Virus record (IMG/VR): IMGVR_UViG_3300045125_000114
Reading direction: 5' to 3' (one strand)
From: an uncultured virus (IMG/VR IMGVR_UViG_3300045125_000114)
Lineage: Duplodnaviria > Heunggongvirae > Uroviricota > Caudoviricetes
Length of the DNA: 64,000 bases
A program made the translations under genes and the position numbers. Positions 22,751 through 31,300 of this stretch are shown piece after piece. Position 1 is the stretch's first letter. Every line of letters begins with the position of its first letter. The notes below the pieces were generated by a model. That model made no database searches. It was not told the DNA's origin and saw nothing but the letters and a program-made list of their open reading frames with translations.

Positions 22751-23834
22751 ATTTCCACTCCTTATGTGTTTCCGACAATGACCAGACGGGAGTGGCCCCG
22801 TCTGGTACAACATCTTTTTTAGACGGCCTTTTTTGCCGCTTTCGCGCCCGTTCGTACTCCCGACGCTGGCGCTCCCAATCGTACAAATCGTCCTCATCGA
22901 CCGGGTGCCCGATGGCAATTTCCAAACCCCGCTTCTGACGGTTCAGACGGGCCGATTCCGAACGAATGTGCGCCGCCGACGCCTCACCGTCACAAGACAA
23001 GTTCTCTGGCGACAGACCGACAGTAAGCACTCAGCAGCAAGCATCGTACAGTGCGTTGTTGTCGTCAAACGGGTTGTACGTCAACTTCTCACGGGGCACG
23101 GGCGGGGCAGTAACCGGCACCGAACCGAATAGCGGTGCCTTCGGAATTGCCGTCGGGTCGGCCGGTTCCATCAGCGAAAATGGCACCGTCCACATGGTTC
23201 CAATCGGATAGTCCCGAATCGAACCACGATCTTCCAACTGCTTGACCTTCGCCTTCTTCGGGTTGACCTTCACAACCTCACCCAACGTCTTCTCGCCGTG
23301 CTTGCGGCCGAAATAGACCTTCATGCCCTTGACAACGTGTTCCCGTAACATTCCGTATACCTCTGTGGTTAGTGGAGACGCATAGACCAGACGGGAGAAG
23401 ACCCGCCCGGTACATCATTTTGCAATTTCCGCATTACACCAATCCTTCGCCGCCTCAGCGGTCGGAAAAGAATGAAGGTGCTTCTGCCCCCGGTACACCG
23501 TCCAACGATTTTTGACGTAGAAATCATGTGAAGTGAAATCGCCCGGCCTGTTCTCCACAATACGGAAAGGCGACTTGTACCAAACTTCGGTTTTAATCCA
23601 CTCGGCTTCTTGTTTCGTCTTCGCCATTGTTGTCCCTTATTGTTGGGGGTTCGCATAGACCAGACGGGAGAAAGCCCGCCCGGTACAACATCACTTGCAA
23701 TTTTTCCGCCACACACCGGTGACAGGGTACAAATGCCTAACCCAACTCGTCAGACATTTGTACTTTATGTAATTTGGTGAAATTATTGAAAAAATATCCC
23801 TTGTTACTACAATAGACAAAAGAGGGATATATTT

Positions 23835-24297
23835 ATGCGTACTTGGAGTGAGGATCAATTGAAGCAAGCGGTTGCAACATCGACAACCCTTACGGATTGC
23901 GTGCGAGCGTTAGGTCTTTCTGTTGGTGGTGCCGCCCGGAAAAGCATAACTCGCCAAGTCGAGAAGTTCGGCCTAGATACTTCACATTGGCTAGGTAAAC
24001 GCAAGCCGCACAAGCCAGACCAAATTGTTCTTGTCAAAGGGAGCGAGTACCGCAATCTCAGTGGGTTGAAAACTCGCTTGCTAAATGCGGGGCATCTTGA
24101 ATACCGTTGCTACCGCTGCGGCCTCATTGAATGGATGAACGAACCTATAACGCTCCAGATTCACCATAGAAACGGCATCAGCAATGATAACCGTTTGGTG
24201 AATCTGGAACTGCTTTGCCTAACTGTCATTCACAAACCGACAATTACGCCGGTCGCAACGTCAAGCGGCCTTCGCCATCGCCGCACTTCCCTTGTGA
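23835..24297 (+). CDS. HNH endonuclease (one apparent frameshift)
   Basis: CYRCG...LQIHHRNG...NNRLxNL-like segment then LC(PNCHSQT) after a single-base shift; the only clear plus-strand gene in the array. Confidence 0.8.
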
Positions 24298-25355
24298 ACA
24301 ATCCCCCGCTTGTCCAACTCAGTTAGTCCCGCTTGAGTGATAGTATAGCCTTTGTTGGTACACAGTACAGTACGCCGCCGAATCGTCCGTGTCCGTCAGA
24401 AGCCACGGCATAATGAAACGCTCTACTTCTTCCGCCTTCTTCCCTGCGACGTTCACAATGCGATTCTTCGCTACCGGCCCTTGACCCACGCCCGGAGAAT
24501 CGCCAAGTGCGTTTCGTGCATACCGTGTTCGTCAATGCCTTCATCAGCCGCTACACGGCGAGCTACTTCCGCCCACTCGCCGCCTTCCATCTGATGAACT
24601 AGCTTCACATAACGGGCAAACTCCAACGCCTTCCGAGGAACACGACTGTTGTAATGCGCCACCAACTTACAAACATCATCCGAGAAGTCGGGATTAGCCA
24701 ATTGAACGATCTTGGCAATGTCAGACTTCGGGAGATACTTGAGGTTTACCGGCGAAAACCGAGTGCGGAAAGCATCGAACAGCTTGCCCTCATCCGTAGT
24801 CGCCAACATCCAACAAGCGTTAAAGCAATTGATCGTCTTGCCGGATTCCGTTACCATCGTTGCGTCAGAGTGTTCCGTAGCCTTCAACAGCCCGTCAACA
24901 ACGCTCTGGCTCAGTGCGTGAACTTCATCGAAGAACACAACACACGGCGGCAAAACGTAATGCTTCGGCTTCACAACCTCTACCAGCGGAACGTGCGCTT
25001 CCTTCAACACACGCTCGATAAGGGCGAAAAGCCCGTCCATATCCTTGACCGACTTCGGAGAGACTTCCACAAACGGCAGTTCGACTACCGTAGCGAACAT
25101 CTTCGCCAACGTGGTCTTACCCGCCGACGCCGGGCCGTAAATGGCAAACGCCAAATCACGGCACAAGTGGTCAGGCTTGCCGAGAGCATCGAAAGCCGCC
25201 GCTTGCAACTTACGAATCGCCTTGTCGTTGCCAATGAAGCGGCTAAACGCACACTTCCCGTTCTCCCGACTCACCGCCGAACGCCGCTCATCAAGCGACG
25301 GAATCGGCAGAAAGTCCGGGTGCTTCGGGCCGAAAAACACCTTGTATCGCTGCAT
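24261..25355 (-). CDS. ruvB: RuvB-like Holliday junction branch-migration AAA+ ATPase (frameshift near C-terminus)
   Basis: FIGN, Walker A GPASAGKTTLA, Walker B FFDEVHAL, LATT..GKL..AFRTRF, VPRKA, GIDEHG, then a GPV...PWL winged-helix-like tail in the shifted frame. Confidence 0.75.
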
Positions 25356-25424
25356 CAGTTTCTCCCTAATGGGCAAAGACCAGACGGGGCAAACCCCGGC
25401 CGGTGCAACTTCTTCAGCAAAAAA

Positions 25425-25478
25425 TGGAGCATGACGGAGTTGAACCGTCCCGATCAGCCGCCCCCGGCGGAATGCCCC
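25425..25478 (-). ncRNA. 54-nt tRNA-Ala-like minihelix RNA
   Basis: GGGGCAT/ATGCTCC-A acceptor (G3:U70, A73), T arm GACGG-TTCAACT-CCGTC, one CCGCC/GGCGG hairpin instead of D and anticodon arms. Confidence 0.6.
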
Positions 25479-25620
25479 GCACAGCCCGGTTCGGGGTACA
25501 AATGTCTGACTCCACCATCAGCCTTTTGTACCACAACGCCAATTCGCTTTACAAACGCCTTCACACGGAGTAACATGAGCTTACCCTGTGGATTGGGCGG
25601 GCGAGCGTCGCAACTCCCCA

Positions 25621-25652
25621 AAACACCCGGTAGCTCATGCTACCGGGTGTTT
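25621..25652. terminator. Bidirectional intrinsic terminator
   Basis: AAACACCCGGTAGC-TCAT-GCTACCGGGTGTTT perfect hairpin with A/T runs on both sides. Confidence 0.75.
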
Positions 25653-26606
25653 GTTTTTCAGGTATTCGGGCGATTCACGCCCTTACACCCGCACCGCCAC
25701 CGTGTCACGGCTCGCACATGCGGGTCGGTAGCCGGTCAGCACACCCGCCCGACAACACAGGGTACAAATGCCTAACCTACTGTACAAAAGATCAAAAAGG
25801 ACGTACCGGGCGGATCGGGCAGGATCGAGGAGTTTTGGGGCGGAACCTTGACGACCGGCCCGGATCGTCCTAGACTGAAATTGCACCACCTGGGGGTCGC
25901 CGACAGCCGGTCCACAACCCTGTCGTTTTCCGCCAGAAGCCCTGCACAACTCTTCGGAGCGGTGCAGGGTTTTTCTTTTGTTTCCAGTTTACAAGCTTCA
26001 CAAAACGTGGTACAGTCTTCACAGAGAGCGGCGGCTAACGCCGCTGGCTTTCGGCCCCACGGGTATGGGCGACCCGTGGGGTCTTTTCATTTCTATTTGG
26101 CACATTCGGACAGTATCCCTAACCCCAATCCATGTCGGGATAGTTCTCGTTCCCTTACGTTCCACTCACCAACACACCACACGTCCGATAATCACCGTTA
26201 TGTACCTTTGAAAACTCTACCAATCATACAAACATATCTTCACATCAACTCACAATCAAACACAAATCAATTGCTTTTTATTTCCAATTCACACGAATGC
26301 CCCGTGAAATCTCTCCAAAAGGTCCGAAATCATCAAGAAATCCGGGAAAAATTTGGCGGAAATGAAAAGGGCGCAGACCCACTTTTGGTGCGAATCCTTA
26401 CGACCCCCTTACACAAGACGTTAAGTGCTTGTTTTCTTTGGAGTTTACGGCTTGCACACTTTTGGGGTTCGGTTGGTGTTTGGGTTTAATTTTTGCGTTG
26501 CTGCACAGGTGGTTTGGGGTGTATTGCACAACCGTTTGTGGGTGTTGTGGTTGTGTTGTGGTGTGGGTGTTGTGGATATGTCTTGAGGGGATATGTAGTG
26601 TGTGAG

Positions 26607-26695
26607 GATATAGCTCGGTGGGCTACTATCCTGAGCTATATCAACGGGCTATATCCTTGAGCTATATCTTCGTTTAATACAGCTTGAGCTATATC
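26607..26695. repeat. Iteron-like GAGCTATATC repeats in a long non-coding region
   Basis: Direct copies at 26633, 26646 (GGGCTATATC), 26659, 26686 and an inverted copy at 26607. Confidence 0.75.
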
Positions 26696-26717
26696 TTTGG
26701 TGTGTTATTAGTGTGTT

Positions 26718-27221
26718 TTATTTCTTTTGGAGGACGAGATACCACGAGTATGGTCCGGCGGGATCGAGCCAGAAGATGTCGTTCCAATCGCCGACGGAGT
26801 AGGCGACGAGTTTGAAGGTATCGAGTGAGAAGTCGGGTTCTTTGTGTGCGAGGTTGAGTGACTGTCCGGTAGTTTGGCAGTGTTTGAGGAAGCGTTGTTG
26901 GTCGGGGCAGTTGGTGACGAGGTATCCGTTAGTTTTGAGTGTGCGTCTCCACTCTTTGAGTATGATTTTGATTTGTGGGTAGGTGAAGTCTTCGAGGAGG
27001 TGTGAGGAGTAGACGTAGTCGAAGACTTCGTCGCAGAAGAACGAGAGGTTTTTGCAGTGTCCCTGTAGTATTTGTTTGTGTTTTTCGATATTTGCGTAGG
27101 GTTGTGGGAGGTCGAAGGTGAGTGCGGTGGGTGTGATAGCGGACCCACCGAACCCCATATCAATGCCGAACCCTTGGCAGAAGGGGGCGAGCATTTCACG
27201 AGCGGCAGCGGTTTCGGACAT
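26718..27221 (-). CDS. Class I SAM-dependent methyltransferase
   Basis: GIDMGFGG motif I, FDYVYSSHLLED, EWRRTLKTNGYL. Confidence 0.8.
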   Translation of the reverse strand: MSETAAAREMLAPFCQGFGIDMGFGGSAITPTALTFDLPQPYANIEKHKQILQGHCKNLSFFCDEVFDYVYSSHLLEDFTYPQIKIILKEWRRTLKTNGYLVTNCPDQQRFLKHCQTTGQSLNLAHKEPDFSLDTFKLVAYSVGDWNDIFWLDPAGPYSWYLVLQKK

Positions 27222-27396
27222 AGTTTTATTTTCTTTTGGAGAGTGCGGCAACAGGTAGGGCGAGGGGCCAGAGCAGGAGGCAGAGTACGAGGCTGAGGGT
27301 TTGCAGGTATTTTTGTGTATCGGGTTTGGCGACGAGGAAGTAAATGGACAGTCCGGCGTAGAGGTAGAGCAGGGTGAGGATCACGTTTTTGTTCCT

Positions 27397-27840
27397 TTAC
27401 TTGTTGTCGCCGAAGTATTGTCTGTTGGACAGTTTGAGGTAGGTAGAGTTTTTGGGATCGGAGGCGTAGGCGACTCCTTCGAGTGAGGGCCATTTTTTTG
27501 TATTCACGTCGAAGTGCCATTTGGTTCTGTATGTTCCGGGTCCGCAGTGTGGGCTGAATGAAGTTTCGTTGAGTTGTATATTTCCTCTGGTGTCGGTGTA
27601 CCATTCGCCGCAGTGTGTGGGTGTGTCGTCTTTTCCGTGTCGTGCGAAGTAGAACCCGTTGTTATAGAACCTGATCCAGCCTTCTTGTTGTCCGTACTGG
27701 TAGTCCCATTTGGTGTCGTTGAGCAGGTTGCTATCGACATCCATTTTTTGTCGTGGCACGGGTGCGGCGTAGAGTACGAGTGCGAGTGCGAACACCGTGG
27801 CGAGTGCGAGGACCGCAGTGAGTGCGAGGGAGTGTTTCAT
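27397..27840 (-). CDS. Secreted/membrane protein with planctomycete-style APVP motif
   Basis: Hydrophobic N-terminal signal followed by AAPVP. Confidence 0.6.
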   Translation of the reverse strand: MKHSLALTAVLALATVFALALVLYAAPVPRQKMDVDSNLLNDTKWDYQYGQQEGWIRFYNNGFYFARHGKDDTPTHCGEWYTDTRGNIQLNETSFSPHCGPGTYRTKWHFDVNTKKWPSLEGVAYASDPKNSTYLKLSNRQYFGDNK

Positions 27841-27875
27841 TTCTTTACCCTTTCTGGGCGTATTAGGAGAGTAGC

Positions 27876-28301
27876 TTATTTGTGGTTTTTGCGAAAGAGG
27901 TATTCTTGGAAAGTGAGTGCATGTTCGTAGTGTCCTGCTCTGGTGCGAGAGAAGCCGATTTTTTCGAGATTTTTCCGGTAGGCGTTATCGAGTTCCGGGT
28001 CTGCGCCGTTGGCGATGACCCGATATCCGTCTAAGTACAGTCTGCGTGCGAGTGTTCGGAGGCTGCGTGCGAGGTTTAGTGAGCCTGCTTGTAGGTTTGC
28101 GTTTCGGTCGTATGAGTTTCCGTAGTTCCAGGCGAAGTCTATGCGGACGGTATTTTCGTTGCGGTCGAAGGTGAAGGTAACAGTTCGTGTGGCGATTTCT
28201 GCTTTGAAGACGGCTGTACTTCCGTTATCGTCCCACATCTGTGTTTTTGGGAAAACGGATTTAATGTTTTTGTATATTTGTGCGACAGAATAGTCTTCCA
28301 T
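27876..28301 (-). CDS. Hypothetical late (virion?) protein
   Basis: ATAAATA at 28308-28314 directly upstream; C-terminal LTFQEYL motif. Confidence 0.55.
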   Translation of the reverse strand: MEDYSVAQIYKNIKSVFPKTQMWDDNGSTAVFKAEIATRTVTFTFDRNENTVRIDFAWNYGNSYDRNANLQAGSLNLARSLRTLARRLYLDGYRVIANGADPELDNAYRKNLEKIGFSRTRAGHYEHALTFQEYLFRKNHK

Positions 28302-31300
28302 ATAGATTATTTATCCATTTGCGTGTTGAGAATAAACAGCGACATGAAGAACTTCATGTCGCTGTTTAGTGTTGTGGTTTACCGGGTCCAGACGGATTCG
28401 TTGTCGATTTGGATATTTTCGATTTCGTTTGTGAAGATGTCTAGGGCATCTGGTCCGAGTCCTTGTACGAAGTCTTTGAGGGTAGAGGGTTTTGCTTTGA
28501 GGGTGAGGGTGATTTTGACTTCTTGTTCTTCCTCGAAGATGGCGTTTAGGAGTTTTTCGGCTTTTAGTCGTTTGGCGAGTTTGCGTCCTTCTTTTTCGAG
28601 TTCATCGAGCCACCAATCGGGCATGAGGTCGTGAACGAGTAGGGAGAAGCGGCTGAGGGTTTCGGTGTCGTTGAGAAGCTGTTGGATTTCTTGTTCGGTG
28701 AGGAAGTCGGGTCCGGCGTATGCGGCTTCGAGGGTGCGTGGGGAGAGTTCTTCGGGGTTGGCGTTTGGGTCGTGGGGGTTGGGGATGTGTAGGACTTTGG
28801 TGTAGGGTTGATTGGGTTGGTGTTTTTGGCGTTCGATGGGGCTGAGGATGAGGTTCTTGAGGGTTTCGACGTTTTGGGAGCGGTCCATTGGTTAGGACTC
28901 CTGAGTGTGTGTTTGGGCGACTCAGGAGTATCACGCTTGCGGGTCAGGAGTTTTTGGAGGAATCCAGAATTTCTTTGGCGACTTTTTTGAGGACGAATTC
29001 TTGGAGTTTGGCGTCGAGGAAGGCGGCTTTTTGTGCGACGAATTGTGGTGAAATGGAGATTTGTCTGATGTGAATGTCTGAGAGCGGTTCGATTTCGGGG
29101 TTAAGTTTTCGGACGCAGCCGGAGTCGAACTGGAGGTTTTGTTGCAGATTGGGGTCAAGGGGGTTCATTCGGTAGACTTCGTGTCCGGCGGGGGTTCTGT
29201 GTTGTTTGGTGATTACGGCGAGTTCCCCGTCGTAGTGTTTGAAGCAGGCCCGTCCCATAATCATTTGGACGGTTTCGCCGATTTGGAATTTGAAGTCATT
29301 CATGTTTTCACAACAGTTCGGCGTTTGCGGGTCTGATGCAGAAGGCGTATCTGAAGCCGTTGCCGTGTGTGTAGACGGTAACGGCACCGTTGGCTTTTTC
29401 GGAGAGTAGCACCAAGTCTCTGAGGGCTTGTGGGTCGTCACATTCGGCATGGACGTAGAGCCAGCGTTTGCTTTTGGAAACGTAGGCGTGTGTCACGGTA
29501 CATCCGGTAATATTTTGTACTTTTCGTTTTGCGGCCTCCAGTTGGCTCTGTGGTGGCTTTTGTTTCATTTGTGTGGTTTGGTTCGTTTTGGGTGTCTTTG
29601 GGCTTAGAGGGCATCGTTATCGAAGAAGTAGGCGTATTTGCGTGTGACGGCGAGTGTAAGTGAGTAGTCGGGTGATACGGAGACGCCCCGGCAGGAGCTA
29701 TCGAGGTTAAAAATTCGTGTATTGACTCGTGAGTAGTCGTGTATGAGCAGTTGATTTTTTTCGAGTTTATGTTTTCTGATTATATCTGGGAGCAGTTCTT
29801 GTTGTGTGTGGTAGTATATGGGCTGTGTGAGGACGAGAATATTGCCGAAGCATTGGTTGTTTTCGAGTGGGGTATAGAAGCTGTATCCGGTGTTACTTTT
29901 CGTTTGGAATTTGGGCCAATCTTGTGGCGGGGTGTTGAACGGATCGTTTGGGATGCTTCTGTACATGGGTTGTAGGAAGCTGAATCTGGTGATAGCTTCG
30001 CCTTTGAGGTTGCCGAAGGAGGTAGGTCCGGGTAGTTTTTTGATTTTACCTGTGTGGTATCGGCGAGTGCCATGTAGTAATTGCCGCTGTAGTGGTATGT
30101 GTCTCTCCAAGTGAACATGGCGGTATTATTGAGCCACGTCACGGAGGTGTGAGTGTAGGAACGGGTGTTTGAGTGGCAGGCGGATCACGGGTTGTCCTTG
30201 ATTGGGAACAGGTCGATTTCCTTGATGCCTCTGAGTGTCATGATGAGTTCGAGTGCGAATGAGGCGGCGTTGGCGGTTTTGTATTCGCCGAGGACTTCGT
30301 CAACGAATTTGGGGTCATCGGAGTAATATTTGGCTTTATTGGGGAATGTGCCCATGAGATACCAGACACGTCCCCAGAGTCCGAAGTACGAGCTAGACTC
30401 CACGAAGAATTCGGTGGCATCGGTAATGTCTTTGAGGTACTGGTCGGATTTGAACCAGATACCGTCCTTTTGGGTCTTTTCCGACTGGCATGGGTTATTT
30501 TCCTTGTAGGGCGTTTATGATTTTAGTCGATTACCGATCTTGTGACGAGTGGACTTCGACCATTTTGAGGTTGAGTTCACGCATTTTTTCGGCGACCTTT
30601 TCGGCTTCTTCTTTGGTATCGAATTCCCACTGCATGTCTCGTTCGTGTGGTTGTACGGCGAGGTAGGTTCCGGCCGAGCGAGCGGTTTTGCCTGCGATGT
30701 CGTTGAGGTCTTGTCGAGGTGGAAGGTGATTCCTTCTCGGCAGAGGTAGCAGACGTTGACGACGAAGTAGGGTTTCATTTCTTTTGTCCTTTTGGGTTTG
30801 TAGGCTTCGTTGATGTGTTTTTCGAGTTTGTTGATTTGTTCTTGTAGGAGAGCGGGCGGGGCGGGGTTGTGGTATTGTGCGTAGTGTTCCCTGACTCGTT
30901 GTACGACATCGAATTCGGTGAGTAGGCAGAATAGGGAGTTGAGGTCGTTGAGTAGTTCGGGTTTCATGTTAGTAGTTTGTTGATGATTTCGGTGGTGAGG
31001 ATGCGGCTAATGAATGCGTGTCGGCGGCAGATGAGTGGGAAGAAGGCGTCGTGGTATTTTCTGGCAATGTGTTCTTGGTATGTGACGCCGACCATGACGT
31101 TAGTTTCTGGTATTTCGGCCCAAGTGCCGCCGTCTTGCAGTGAGTATCGTAGTGGATACCAGAAGATGAGGTCGCCGGGTTCGACTTCGTCGTGGGGCTG
31201 GAGCAGTTTGTATCCTTCTGGGATTGTCATTTGTCTGGGGGCCAGAAGAGGTTGAGGATTTTGTCTTCGAGTCTGGGGCCCGTTTGGTTTTGTAGGGTCG

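Larger units (their letters stand above)
191..25409 (-). other. Array of about 55-60 co-oriented short hypothetical genes (putative early/host-takeover region)
   Basis: Dense 50-200 aa ORFs on the minus strand with strong AAGGAG-like RBS (plus strand CTCCTTA/TCCTTAT), most preceded by repeat motif A or motif B. Confidence 0.85.
1407..25409 (-). repeat. Motif A: dispersed 36-37 bp palindromic intergenic element, 35 copies
   Basis: Plus-strand consensus CA(T/A)AGACCAGACGGG-N5/6-CCCGTCTGGT(G/A)CAAC. Approximate starts: 1407, 2738, 4414, 5094, 5452, 6620, 7119, 7488, 7970, 8304, 8378, 9479, 10163, 11078, 11603, 11977, 12768, 13134, 13788, 14026, 14641, 15759, 16059, 16912, 17681, 18777, 19378, 19907, 20829, 21324, 21896, 22776, 23381, 23654, 25374. 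All are in the same orientation. Confidence 0.95.
781..25777 (-). promoter_or_regulatory. Motif B: conserved upstream element GTYAGRCWTTTGTACC (minus strand), 14 copies, putative promoter/operator
   Basis: Plus-strand GGTACAA(A/T/C)... starts at 781, 1565, 2039, 3029, 3322, 3664, 6108, 8460, 8912, 15084, 20366, 23726, 25495, 25761, often about 35-45 nt upstream of a start codon. Inverted partners end at 1602, 8497, 23764, 25532. Confidence 0.75.

Noticed and set aside
1407..25409. Motif A as a canonical CRISPR array
   Set aside because: The repeat length and GTTGCA start are CRISPR-like, but the intervals are mostly hundreds of bp to kb of coding sequence, the loop varies, there is no ATTGAAAC-type end, and no cas genes are visible.
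18529..25775. Long plus-strand ORFs (18529-19551, 21858-22781, 24654-25775)
   Set aside because: Antisense shadows of GC-rich minus-strand genes; no RBS or protein-like motifs, and some run through intergenic repeats.
781..25777. Classical integron (GTTRRRY seen in motif B, cassette-like layout)
   Set aside because: No RYYYAAC...GTTRRRY attC fold with extrahelical bases and no IntI in the window; motif A does not fit the core consensus.
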